Sequence record: KJ019095.1
Reading direction: 5' to 3' (one strand)
Length of the DNA stretch: 64,000 bases
The position numbers and the translations under genes were made by a program. Under the pieces are notes generated by a model that worked only from the letters and a program-made list of their open reading frames with translations, had not been told where the DNA came from and did no database searches. This document shows, in pieces, positions 37,400 through 46,625 of this stretch (its first letter is position 1; every line of letters starts with the position of its first letter).

Positions 37400-39160
37400 A
37401 TGGGAAGGTTATTCGGTTTTTCAATTGAAGAAGACGACATCCAACGCCCTGGATCGATAAGTCCGGTTCCCGAAAATAACCAGGATGGTGTAGATTACTA
37501 TGCCTCTGGTGGTGCGTTTGGTTCTTCTTACGTTGATATTGAAGGTGTATTTAGAACAGAGTATGATCTGATTCGTAGATACAGAGAAATGGCACTCTAC
37601 CCCGAAGTGGATTGTGCGGTAGAAGATATTGTCAATGAAGCAATTGTTAGTGACCTATATGAATCACCAGTTCAGATTGAACTCAGTAATGTAGATGCTA
37701 GTGAGAAAGTAAAGAATATTATTCGTGATGAGTTCAAATACATCAAGGAGATGTTGGACTTTGATAAGAGAGCACACGAGATTTTCCGTAACTGGTATAT
37801 CGACGGTCGTATGCACTACCTAAAGGTTATCGACTTCGAGAGACCCCAAGATGGTATTATGGATCTACGATATATTGATCCTATGAAGATCAAGTTTGTT
37901 CGTAAGATCAATAATAAAGCACAAAATAGTCCCATTGCGAGTAAGGTACTAACACTAAACAATACTGGAGCACAGATTCCTAACGGTAGAAACGATGCTT
38001 TCAGTGCTGGTATTGATGAGTATTATGTTTATACTCCTGGTGCATCTACTGGTGGTTGTGGAACTGCGGGTATGGCAGTTGGTAACTCAGCACAATCATC
38101 TATCAAGATTGCTAAAGATTCAATTGCCTACTGTAACTCTGGTCTAGTTGATAGAAACGCACAGACAGTTTTATCCTGGATTCACAAGGCAATCAAAGCG
38201 GCCAATCAACTCCGTATGATTGAAGACTCTATTGTTATCTACAGACTATCAAGAGCACCAGAAAGAAGAATCTTCTATATTGATGTTGGTAATCTACCCA
38301 AAGTAAAGGCAGAGCAATACCTACACCAGGTGATGCAGAGATATAGAAATAAGATGACGTATAACGCATCTACTGGTGAGATGAAGAGTGATAAGAAAGT
38401 ACTTTCTATGTTGGAAGACTTCTGGTTGCCTAGAAGAGAAGGTGGTAGAGGAACAGAAATCTCCACACTTCCCGGTGGTCAGAACCTAGGTGAGATCAGT
38501 GACCTAGAGTATTTTAGGAATAGACTATATGATTCCCTAAACGTACCTCGTTCCAGACAACCTGGTTCCAGCGATGGTTTTAGTTTGGGACGTTCCAGTG
38601 AAATTCTAAGGGATGAAGTTAAGTTCTCCAAGTTCGTAGCTAGACTCCGTAAGAGATTTGCTGGTCTATTCAATGATATCCTAAAGACTCAACTGATTCT
38701 CAAGAATATCATTACTCCCGAAGATTGGGAGATGTTAAAGGATAACATCCAGTATGATTTCCTCTATGACAACCATTTTGCCGAACTCAAAGATACTGAA
38801 CTTATGCAGGAGAGATTCAATCTCCTAGCACAGGCAGAACCTTATATCGGTAAGTATTATTCTCAACAGTATATCAGAACTAAAATCCTCCGTCAAACTG
38901 ACGGTGAGATGGTAGAGGAAGATAAGCAGATTGAGAAAGAGATTGAGAGTGGGGCTATTCCAGATCCCGCTCTTATTGATCCCATTACTGGGGAACAAAT
39001 GATTCCTGGTGGTGAATCTCCACCTGTTCCAGGAGAAGATCAACCTCAAGATGGTGTTGGTGGTAAAGCTGAAATGGGAGCCCCTATTCAAGATAATGAT
39101 GTAAAGGTTAACATTGATCGGTCTACCAAAATGCCTGAAAAGGGATTAGGTGAAATCTAA
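37400..39160 (+). CDS. gp20: Portal vertex protein gp20
   Basis: YRLSRAPERRIFYIDVGNLPKVKAEQYL and EDFWLPRREGGRGTEISTLPGGQNLGE. Confidence 0.97.
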   Translation: MGRLFGFSIEEDDIQRPGSISPVPENNQDGVDYYASGGAFGSSYVDIEGVFRTEYDLIRRYREMALYPEVDCAVEDIVNEAIVSDLYESPVQIELSNVDASEKVKNIIRDEFKYIKEMLDFDKRAHEIFRNWYIDGRMHYLKVIDFERPQDGIMDLRYIDPMKIKFVRKINNKAQNSPIASKVLTLNNTGAQIPNGRNDAFSAGIDEYYVYTPGASTGGCGTAGMAVGNSAQSSIKIAKDSIAYCNSGLVDRNAQTVLSWIHKAIKAANQLRMIEDSIVIYRLSRAPERRIFYIDVGNLPKVKAEQYLHQVMQRYRNKMTYNASTGEMKSDKKVLSMLEDFWLPRREGGRGTEISTLPGGQNLGEISDLEYFRNRLYDSLNVPRSRQPGSSDGFSLGRSSEILRDEVKFSKFVARLRKRFAGLFNDILKTQLILKNIITPEDWEMLKDNIQYDFLYDNHFAELKDTELMQERFNLLAQAEPYIGKYYSQQYIRTKILRQTDGEMVEEDKQIEKEIESGAIPDPALIDPITGEQMIPGGESPPVPGEDQPQDGVGGKAEMGAPIQDNDVKVNIDRSTKMPEKGLGEI

Positions 39161-39164
39161 ACCT

Positions 39165-39172
39165 AATAAATA
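39165..39172 (+). promoter_or_regulatory. Late promoter variant AATAAATA
   Basis: One mismatch to consensus, intergenic. Confidence 0.55.
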
Positions 39173-39191
39173 AAACATATATCTTTTTATT

Positions 39192-39419
39192 ATGGAAATC
39201 GACACATCGGTTGTGGATGCCATTGTGAGTGGTGAAACACCCGCAGGTATTACACAATCCATTAAGGATCTTCTGTATGCAAAAGCAAGCGAAAGGGTTG
39301 ATACCTATCGTGATGTAGTAGCAGACAGAATGTTTGGTGGTTCCGAAGTTCCCGAAGGGGAAACAGAAGAACCAGTAGCCGAACTTGAGAGTGATGAGGA
39401 AGAGGTAGAAGAAGAGTGA
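39192..39419 (+). CDS. Small acidic prohead-core-like protein (positional equivalent of T4 gp67/gp68)
   Basis: Lies between portal and protease, with IKDLLYAKASERVD and a Glu-rich tail. Confidence 0.6.
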   Translation: MEIDTSVVDAIVSGETPAGITQSIKDLLYAKASERVDTYRDVVADRMFGGSEVPEGETEEPVAELESDEEEVEEE

Positions 39420-39673
39420 TTAAGATTGTATTCTCCGAGGTTGATAGTCCAACGGACTCTGACCAGGCAATCAGTCTCAACAACTCTAGTGGTGTTAGGG
39501 CAATTAATTGTTCTAAAAAACCATATCTACTCTACCTAATCGATAACATAAGTGGAGAGACTAGATCACTTACATTAGTGAGTAATGAAAGTCTTATCCT
39601 CAAAAAACACAGTTACGATAAGGTATATGCTTCATCGAAAACTGTTCGTATCGCTGGAGTAAGCATCTACTAA
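39416..39673 (+). CDS. Conserved hypothetical protein (85 aa, GTG start)
   Basis: Coupled to both neighbours. SLTLVSNESLILKKHSYDKVYAS resembles a small cyanomyovirus head-region ORF. Confidence 0.6.
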   Translation: MIKIVFSEVDSPTDSDQAISLNNSSGVRAINCSKKPYLLYLIDNISGETRSLTLVSNESLILKKHSYDKVYASSKTVRIAGVSIY

Positions 39674-39674
39674 C

Positions 39675-40325
39675 ATGAAACTAATTACAGAAGAAATTAA
39701 CAAGGTTGAATTTATTGTCGAAGAAAACAATGGCAAACAGTCATGTTTTATTGAGGGAAACTTCCTTCAGGGCAATATTAAAAACCGAAATGGTCGTGTC
39801 TATAGAACCGAGACACTAGCTCGTGAAGTTGCTCGTTACAATGAACAGTATGTTCAGAACGGACGAGCTCTCGGTGAACTTGGGCATCCTGATGGACCCA
39901 CAGTTAACTTGGACCGAGTATCACATAACATTATTTCACTTCGTCAAGAGGGAAATAATTTCATAGGTAAGGCAAAACTTCTTGATACTCCTATGGGAAA
40001 TATCGCTAAGAGCCTTATTGGTGAAGGTGTTAAACTTGGAGTTTCTTCTCGTGGTGTTGGTTCCATTAGTGAAACGAAGCAAGGATATAAGCTTGTTGGT
40101 GAAGACTTTATGTTGGCAACCGCAGCTGATATTGTAGCTGATCCTAGTGCCCCAGACGCTTTTGTTCAGGGTATCATGGAAGGAAAAGAGTGGGTTTTTG
40201 TTAATGGACTCTTGAGAGAGAGTGACATTAAGAGCACACAGTCTACAATTGACAAACTAGTTGTCACAAAGGAACTTGAGGAGAAGAAGATTCAACTTTT
40301 TCAAGATTTTCTTTCAAATCTATAA
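39675..40325 (+). CDS. gp21: Prohead core protease gp21
   Basis: MKLITEEI, RALGELGHPDGPTVNLDRVSH, KLGVSSRGVGS and DIVADPSAPDAFV. Confidence 0.96.
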   Translation: MKLITEEINKVEFIVEENNGKQSCFIEGNFLQGNIKNRNGRVYRTETLAREVARYNEQYVQNGRALGELGHPDGPTVNLDRVSHNIISLRQEGNNFIGKAKLLDTPMGNIAKSLIGEGVKLGVSSRGVGSISETKQGYKLVGEDFMLATAADIVADPSAPDAFVQGIMEGKEWVFVNGLLRESDIKSTQSTIDKLVVTKELEEKKIQLFQDFLSNL

Positions 40326-40329
40326 ACTC

Positions 40330-40337
40330 TATAAATA
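40330..40337 (+). promoter_or_regulatory. Late promoter TATAAATA upstream of gp22
   Basis: Exact consensus. Confidence 0.85.
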
Positions 40338-40393
40338 AACATAGATTTATATTATATAAATTACACTCGTCGGTAGCAATCTAATTACAAGAC

Positions 40394-41497
40394 ATGGAAA
40401 ACGTAGTAACGAAAGGTGCTAAGTCGGCTGAGGCTATGGATAAAGTCTCACCCAGCGTAGTACCCGGACAGTCAATCACCGATCTCGGTGGTCCTACTCC
40501 CGAAAACTATACTAATGAGCCTGACGGCTCTGCGAAGCTTAATGACGCCGGTGGTCCCCTCAAGAAAGTTGAGGATGTGGTCACCAAAGGCGCTAAGAAG
40601 TCAGAAGGTATGGAAAAGGCATCCCCAGAACCACCATCTGGTGGAACAACTGATGCCCGATCCGCTTCTTCACAAGCTGAGAAAGTAACAACCAAACCCC
40701 CCGGTCAAACCACTAAGGAAGAGACTGAGGTAGAGGAAGAGGAAGTTCTTATTTCAGAAATTGATATTGAAGAAGACGTAACTGCACTTCTAAGTGGTGA
40801 GGAGCTCTCTGAAGAATTTCAGAGTAAGGCTCGTACCATCTTTGAAGCGGCCATCCGTAACAAGGTTGCTATCGCTAAAGAAGAACTCCAAGTAGCATAC
40901 GAAACTCGCCTAGTTGAAGAACTAGAGCTAGTACGTGAGTCAGTCGCTAGTCGAGTTGACGCATACTTAGAGTACGTAGCCGATGAGTGGATGGCTGAAA
41001 ATGCCATCGCCGTCGAACATGGACTAAGAACTGAAATGACAGAGAGCTTTATCTCTGGCATGAAGCAACTATTTGACAGTCACTATGTTTCAATCCCTGA
41101 AGAGAGATTTGATGTAGTAGAGTCCATGGTTGAGAAACTTGATGAAATGGAAGAAAAACTCAATGAGCAAATTGAGCGTAACATCACCCTAAACAGCCGT
41201 TTAGGTCAAACTGTTGCTGAAGGTATCTTCATAGAAGTATCTGAAGGATTAGCTGAAACCCAAAAGGATAAGCTTATCGCCCTTGCTGAAAACGTTGAGT
41301 TTGATAGTGAAGCAGGTTATCGTGAGAAACTAGAGAGTCTCAAGGAATCTTATTTCCCTGGTAGACCCTCAACTATCGCGAGCAGAAACAGTGTAGAGGA
41401 CCTTACTGAAGAGGTTAACGTTGGTGGGGAAGCCCGTCAGGTTACCGGTTCAATGGCCGCCTACCTACAGACACTCGATAGAGTTTCTAAAAAGTGA
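40394..41497 (+). CDS. gp22: Prohead core scaffold protein gp22
   Basis: ELSEEFQSKARTIFEAAI, VDAYLEYVADEWM, GLRTEMTESF and YREKLESLKESYF. Confidence 0.94.
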   Translation: MENVVTKGAKSAEAMDKVSPSVVPGQSITDLGGPTPENYTNEPDGSAKLNDAGGPLKKVEDVVTKGAKKSEGMEKASPEPPSGGTTDARSASSQAEKVTTKPPGQTTKEETEVEEEEVLISEIDIEEDVTALLSGEELSEEFQSKARTIFEAAIRNKVAIAKEELQVAYETRLVEELELVRESVASRVDAYLEYVADEWMAENAIAVEHGLRTEMTESFISGMKQLFDSHYVSIPEERFDVVESMVEKLDEMEEKLNEQIERNITLNSRLGQTVAEGIFIEVSEGLAETQKDKLIALAENVEFDSEAGYREKLESLKESYFPGRPSTIASRNSVEDLTEEVNVGGEARQVTGSMAAYLQTLDRVSKK

Positions 41498-41550
41498 ATT
41501 CTAAATTATTAGATCAAACAAAACATTTTTAACAATAGGTTTTAAAACAA

Positions 41551-42954
41551 ATGTACAATTCCGCAAACTCCGAATTTCTCCAGGAGAAGTGGGCACCAAT
41601 CCTCGAGCACGGTGAGTCCATCCAGGACGCACACAAGCGTGCCGTAACTGCCCAACTTCTAGAGAACCAGGAAGTAGCCCTTTCCGAAGAGCGTGCTTTC
41701 CTTTCAGAAGCCCCAACAGTTAACACCGACCCTAACGCAACTGGCAACGCTGGTTTCTCTGGTAATGGTGATCAATCAGTAGCTGGTTTCGATCCAGTAC
41801 TCATCAGCCTCATCCGTCGTTCAATGCCTAACTTGATGGCATACGACCTTTGTGGTGTTCAGCCAATGAACGGTCCTACCGGTCTTATCTTCGCGATGAG
41901 AAGCCGTTATGACTCACAGACAGGCGACGAGACCTTCTACAACGAAGTCAACTCTGCCTTCTCCGCACAGAACCAGTCCGGTACAGCTACTCAGGGTAAC
42001 TACTCTGGTCAGGTTGGCGCTGGTAACACAGTTGGTTTCGGTACAACCGCACAACGTGGTTCTAACCCTTCTATCCTCAACCCCGAGCCCGGTGACCAAG
42101 TTGGTTACAACGTAGGCCAGGGTATGTTGACCCAGGACGCTGAGAACCTTGGCGAAACTGGTACAGAGTTCAATGAGATGGGCTTCTCAATCGAGAAGGT
42201 CACCGTAACTGCTAAGTCACGGGCACTCAAGGCTCAGTACAGCATGGAATTGGCTCAGGATCTCAAAGCGATCCACGGTCTAAACGCCGAAGCTGAACTA
42301 TCTAACATCCTCGCCTCTGAAATTCTTTCAGAGATCAACAGAGAAGTTGTTAGAACTATCTACAAGTCAGCTGTATTCGGTGCTCAGAACAACGTAGCCA
42401 CTCCTGGTGTATTTGACCTAGACGTTGATTCCAACGGTAGATGGTCAGTTGAGAAGTTCAAAGGACTTATCTTCCAGATCGAAAGAGACGCTAACGCGAT
42501 CGCGCAACAAACTCGTAGAGGAAAGGGTAACTTCATCCTTTGTTCCGCGGATGTTGCTTCAGCTCTAACCATGGCTGGTGTACTTGACTACACCCCAGCA
42601 CTCAACGCTAACCTTAACGTTGATGACACCGGTAACACCTTCGCTGGTGTTCTACAAGGTAAGTATAGAGTCTACATTGACCCATACGCAGCTAACGTCA
42701 GCAACAACCAGTACTATGTCGCTGGTTACAAAGGTTCCTCACCTTATGACGCTGGTCTATTCTATTGTCCTTACGTTCCTCTCCAGATGGTTCGTTCAGT
42801 TGGACAGGACACCTTCCAGCCACGGATCGGATTTAAGACCCGCTACGGCATGGTCGCTAATCCTTTCGCTGAAGGTCTTGAGGCTGGATACGGACGTATC
42901 ACCCCTAACTCCAACGTCTACTACAGACGCGTTCAAGTCAAAAACCTTATGTGA
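41551..42954 (+). CDS. gp23: Major capsid protein gp23
   Basis: LQEKWAPIL, FDPVLISLIRRSMPNL, GVQPMNGPTGLIFAMR, KSRALKAQYSMELAQDLKAIHGL and FQPRIGFKTRYG. Confidence 0.98.
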   Translation: MYNSANSEFLQEKWAPILEHGESIQDAHKRAVTAQLLENQEVALSEERAFLSEAPTVNTDPNATGNAGFSGNGDQSVAGFDPVLISLIRRSMPNLMAYDLCGVQPMNGPTGLIFAMRSRYDSQTGDETFYNEVNSAFSAQNQSGTATQGNYSGQVGAGNTVGFGTTAQRGSNPSILNPEPGDQVGYNVGQGMLTQDAENLGETGTEFNEMGFSIEKVTVTAKSRALKAQYSMELAQDLKAIHGLNAEAELSNILASEILSEINREVVRTIYKSAVFGAQNNVATPGVFDLDVDSNGRWSVEKFKGLIFQIERDANAIAQQTRRGKGNFILCSADVASALTMAGVLDYTPALNANLNVDDTGNTFAGVLQGKYRVYIDPYAANVSNNQYYVAGYKGSSPYDAGLFYCPYVPLQMVRSVGQDTFQPRIGFKTRYGMVANPFAEGLEAGYGRITPNSNVYYRRVQVKNLM

Positions 42955-42992
42955 TCCAATAGCTCCGACGAGTTATCACATATGTGTTTCAC

Positions 42993-43017
42993 GAGGACCC
43001 TTCGGGGTCCTTTTTTT
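42993..43017 (+). terminator. Rho-independent terminator after gp23 with a UUCG tetraloop
   Basis: AGGACCC-TTCG-GGGTCCT followed by a T-tract. Confidence 0.92.
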
Positions 43018-43086
43018 ATGCACTCATAATTGGGAGCAAAGTGGTGATATCCCTACATCATGTTGCCGGACGCAAATACTTAATGT

Positions 43087-43094
43087 TATAAATA
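43087..43094 (+). promoter_or_regulatory. Late promoter TATAAATA upstream of the porin-like gene
   Basis: Exact consensus. A TG-T-TATACT extended -10 also lies at 43119-43127. Confidence 0.75.
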
Positions 43095-43154
43095 CTAGGA
43101 ATACATACCTAGTGTATGTGTTATACTTAACAGTCCGTATTCGGAGAAGAATTA

Positions 43155-43562
43155 ATGAGTCTTAAAATGATTGCGCTAGCTAGTCTAGCTGCCCCCGCTG
43201 CACTACTAGCAGCACCTTCAGCACAAGCTGAAGTAATCTTTGCTGGCGAACCACAAGAACTAAGTGGTTTCTATGTAACCACCGAAGCCAACTCTGGTTG
43301 GACCGGTGATGACTACAGAGGATCCATCATTGATGTTCGCGCTGGTTACGAAGCCGCACTTACAGACACAATCGACGCATATGTCGAAGTAGGTCCTGCC
43401 TTCCTAATGCCTGATGGTAGTGACAACACAACCGAAGTCGGAGCTGAGGTAGGTGCATCTATTGCCGCCACCGATCACCTAGAATTCTACGGAGAATTCG
43501 AAGTCATCTCTGGTGATCTTAATGATTATGGCACCAAGTTTGGCGCAACATATCGCTTTTAG
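43155..43562 (+). CDS. Small outer-membrane beta-barrel (porin-like) protein with signal peptide (135 aa)
   Basis: Ala-rich signal peptide ending AQA, alternating beta-strands (GFYVTTEAN, VRAGYE, AYVEVGP, FYGEFEV) and a C-terminal BAM-type signal GATYRF. Confidence 0.75.
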   Translation: MSLKMIALASLAAPAALLAAPSAQAEVIFAGEPQELSGFYVTTEANSGWTGDDYRGSIIDVRAGYEAALTDTIDAYVEVGPAFLMPDGSDNTTEVGAEVGASIAATDHLEFYGEFEVISGDLNDYGTKFGATYRF

Positions 43563-43576
43563 TGTTATAATGTAAG

Positions 43577-43627
43577 TAGCTTGGGAAGCTGAGTTACTCA
43601 CCCCTACCCAAGCGGTGGGGGTTTTTT
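43577..43627 (+). ncRNA. Candidate ~50-nt small RNA or attenuator (two hairpins, ends in a terminator)
   Basis: An extended -10 (TG-T-TATAAT, 43563-43571) is followed by the hairpin GTAA..AGCT-TGGGA-AGCT..TTAC and the terminator ACCCCTACC-caagc-GGTGGGGGT-T5. Confidence 0.35.
43600..43627 (+). terminator. Rho-independent terminator downstream of the porin-like gene
   Basis: 9-bp stem with one G-U pair, 5-nt loop and T-tract. Confidence 0.8.
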
Positions 43628-43646
43628 ATTGCCTAGATAAACAACT

Positions 43647-43907
43647 ATGAACGGATCATTAGACCCAGACGAAAGAGTGTTGAGTGCTAACTCCAAACTA
43701 TCAGAAGTACCAGTATCCCTACAAAGGGCTATTGATATTCTTGGTTGGAATGATATAGACGACATTCGTGTAGAGATTGGTGGATGTGCTACTAGTGGTA
43801 TTCACCAGAAAGAAGACGCAAACCCAAAGTGGTCTCGTGAATTTGGTGATACTGTCTATAACAAGGACGCGTTTATTGTTATCAAAAATAGAAGCAGAAG
43901 TCAATGA
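43647..43907 (+). CDS. Conserved cyanophage hypothetical protein (86 aa)
   Basis: MNGSLDPDERVL...SGIHQKEDANPKW...YNKDAFIVIKNRSR, coupled to gp3 (ATGA). Confidence 0.65.
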   Translation: MNGSLDPDERVLSANSKLSEVPVSLQRAIDILGWNDIDDIRVEIGGCATSGIHQKEDANPKWSREFGDTVYNKDAFIVIKNRSRSQ

Positions 43908-44485
43908 CCAACATCTACTACAAACAACTAGATAATAGAAACTTTATGAGTCCTATTGGATTCCAGTTTTCTATTGCTAGATATCCTAAAGTTTCTTTCT
44001 TTAGTAATAAAGCAGGACTACCTGAGATTCGTTTGGGTGGGGCAGAACAAGCCAATTATCTAAAACAGATTATGCACCCTGGAGACAGGGTAGAGTATGG
44101 TGAACTCAATATTGAGTTCCTAGTTGACGAAGATATGTTGAACTATACTCTCATTCATAACTGGATTACTGGNTTGGGATTCCCAGAGACTCCCCAACAA
44201 TTCAAAGATATCACCACCAATCAAAAAGGTGAAGATGATATGAAGATCCAGTATAGTGATGGAACACTTGCTATTTTGAATAGTAACTATAATACTATTG
44301 CGAAAGTTAAGTTCTGGGATCTATATCCCACTTCACTATCAACTCTTGAGTTCTCTGCTACAGATGCTGATATCAATTACTTCATTGCAAGTACAACATT
44401 CAGTTTCTTGTACTATCAGATCTTGGGTAAGGATAATGAACCCCTAACTCCCGAATTTGTAAACCAATCATTGAATACTCGATGA
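43904..44485 (+). CDS. gp3: Tail completion / tube terminator protein, gp3-like
   Basis: NRNFMSPIGFQF, YGELNIEFLVDEDMLNYTLIHNWI and FWDLYPTSLSTLEF. Confidence 0.78.
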   Translation: MTNIYYKQLDNRNFMSPIGFQFSIARYPKVSFFSNKAGLPEIRLGGAEQANYLKQIMHPGDRVEYGELNIEFLVDEDMLNYTLIHNWITXLGFPETPQQFKDITTNQKGEDDMKIQYSDGTLAILNSNYNTIAKVKFWDLYPTSLSTLEFSATDADINYFIASTTFSFLYYQILGKDNEPLTPEFVNQSLNTR

Positions 44486-44916
44486 ACCTTGATGAACTTC
44501 AATCCATGTGGGAGCGTGACTCCAAGATGGATATGGATAACTTACACGATGAATCACTAAAGATACCCCAACTTCACCAGAAATACTTTACCCTGTATAC
44601 TACTACCAAACTTCTAAAGAAGAAGGCAGAGGATACTATCAGTAAGGTGAGGTTGGAACGCCACAACTACTATAGTGGCAAAGCTTCCGCAGAGGTATAT
44701 GTGGAGGAACCCTTTCCATATAAGGTAAGGGACAAAGAATCTATGAACCTACACCTGAACGCAGATGAAAAACTGACGAAGGTGAAGTTGAAAATACAGT
44801 ATTACGAAATGATGTTGGAGTATCTTGAGGATGTCCTCAGGATGATTCATGCACGTGGATACCAAATTAAAAACAGTATAGATTTCCTCCGGTTCCAAGC
44901 AGGGATCGGCATGTAA
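44482..44916 (+). CDS. uvsY: Recombination mediator UvsY
   Basis: ESLKIPQLHQKYF, YYSGKASAEVY...PFPYKV and RGYQIKNSIDF. Confidence 0.9.
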   Translation: MNLDELQSMWERDSKMDMDNLHDESLKIPQLHQKYFTLYTTTKLLKKKAEDTISKVRLERHNYYSGKASAEVYVEEPFPYKVRDKESMNLHLNADEKLTKVKLKIQYYEMMLEYLEDVLRMIHARGYQIKNSIDFLRFQAGIGM

Positions 44917-44921
44917 CAACT

Positions 44922-45110
44922 ATGAAACAATACGACTACTCAGTAGATCTCACAATAGCTGATGTAAAACTCATCCACCATTGTGTAACCAAGAGGATTG
45001 AAATGTGGGAGGGTTCTCCTGCACGTCCCCCAGAAGAACAAGAACACTTGTGGGCACTAAGGGATGGGTTTTTCACTATCATCCTAGAAGAAACATTTAA
45101 TAGAAAGTAA
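44922..45110 (+). CDS. Hypothetical protein (62 aa)
   Basis: Fills the uvsY-uvsW gap. Contains MWEGSPARPPEEQEHLWALRD. Confidence 0.6.
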   Translation: MKQYDYSVDLTIADVKLIHHCVTKRIEMWEGSPARPPEEQEHLWALRDGFFTIILEETFNRK

Positions 45111-45157
45111 TACTATTTGATGGCATATACATACTAATAGGTTATGCCTATTACATT

Positions 45158-46621
45158 ATGTCATCTGACTTGACTATAACCAAAGTTAATGAAGTATATT
45201 TAAAAGTAGATTGTGACCCTCATATTCAGTATGAGTTGAGGGATGCCTTCTGCTTTGAAGTTCCTGGTGCTAAATTCCATCCGTCATACAGAAAGAAGTT
45301 CTGGGATGGAAATATTCACCTGTTCTCACCACAGACTAGACAACTATACGTAGGTCTATTGGATAGACTGATTGCCTTCTGTGATCAGTATGGGTATACG
45401 TATGCCTTTAAAGATAATAAGTTCTATGGTCTCCCATATGAGATTAACGAGAACATCTCCCCAGAAGGGGTTACAGACTGGGTGAAGTCTATTACCAGTT
45501 ATAAACCCCGTGACTACCAGTTGCATGGTATCTACGCCGCTCTAAGGTCCAATAGGAAGTTGATTGTATCTCCTACTGCATCTGGTAAGTCATTAATGAT
45601 CTATGCCTTGGTGGCATACTACACACAGAAACACGAAAATATATTGATTGTTGTTCCTACTACATCTCTAGTGGAACAGATGTATAAGGATTTTGCAGAC
45701 TACGGGTTTGATGTGGGAACGAACTGCCATAAGATATACGCTGGTAGAGAAAACACAACAGATAAACAAGTAACTATTACAACCTGGCAGTCTATCTACA
45801 AGTTACCTAAGACATACTTTCAGAAGTATAGTGTAGTGATTGGGGATGAGGCACACAACTTCAAGTCCAAGTCTCTAGTATCCATTATGAGTAAGTTGTG
45901 TGATGCAAAGTATAGATATGGGTTCACAGGTACTTTAGACGGGTCACAGACCCATAAGTGGGTGTTAGAGGGGTTGTTTGGTCCTTCATACAATACCATC
46001 AGAACAAAAGAGTTGATGGAGGCGGGTCATGTTGCCAAACTAGACATCAAAGTTCTTCTACTAAAACATGATGAACAAATCTTTCCAAGATTTGAGGATG
46101 AAATCCAATATCTAATTGGACATGAGAAGAGAAACAAGTTTATCAGTAACTTATCTTTAGATCTAAAAGGTAACACTCTAGTTCTCTTTGCTAGGGTGGA
46201 GAAACACGGAGAGGTCCTCTACAATCTAATAAATAGTAAGGCAGAAGAGGGTAGAAACGTCTTCTTCGTTCATGGTGGTGTTGATGTAGAGTCCAGAGAA
46301 CAGGTACGAACTATTACTGAGAGGGAGAACAATGCTATTATCATTGCCTCTTATGGAGTTTATAGTACGGGTATTAACATTAAAAACCTACACAACGTTA
46401 TCTTTGCTTCCCCATCTAAGTCCAGGATCAGGAACCTGCAATCGATTGGTAGGGTACTGAGAAAGGGAACAAATAAAGATAAGGCAATGTTATATGACAT
46501 TGCTGATGACTGCACAAAAGGATCAAGAAGAAACTACACACTTAATCATCTTATAGAGAGGATCAAGATTTACAACAATGAAAAGTTCAATTATGACATA
46601 GTAAATATCAATCTAAGGTAA
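45158..46621 (+). CDS. uvsW: DNA helicase UvsW (SF2)
   Basis: PRDYQ, SPTASGKSL, IGDEAH, GFTGTL and NLQSIGRVLRK. Confidence 0.95.
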   Translation: MSSDLTITKVNEVYLKVDCDPHIQYELRDAFCFEVPGAKFHPSYRKKFWDGNIHLFSPQTRQLYVGLLDRLIAFCDQYGYTYAFKDNKFYGLPYEINENISPEGVTDWVKSITSYKPRDYQLHGIYAALRSNRKLIVSPTASGKSLMIYALVAYYTQKHENILIVVPTTSLVEQMYKDFADYGFDVGTNCHKIYAGRENTTDKQVTITTWQSIYKLPKTYFQKYSVVIGDEAHNFKSKSLVSIMSKLCDAKYRYGFTGTLDGSQTHKWVLEGLFGPSYNTIRTKELMEAGHVAKLDIKVLLLKHDEQIFPRFEDEIQYLIGHEKRNKFISNLSLDLKGNTLVLFARVEKHGEVLYNLINSKAEEGRNVFFVHGGVDVESREQVRTITERENNAIIIASYGVYSTGINIKNLHNVIFASPSKSRIRNLQSIGRVLRKGTNKDKAMLYDIADDCTKGSRRNYTLNHLIERIKIYNNEKFNYDIVNINLR

Positions 46622-46625
46622 TCTT

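Noticed and set aside
42578-43165. 195-aa alternative-frame + strand ORF overlapping gp23
   Set aside because: It is a shadow of strongly biased MCP codons, runs through the terminator and has no recognisable motif.
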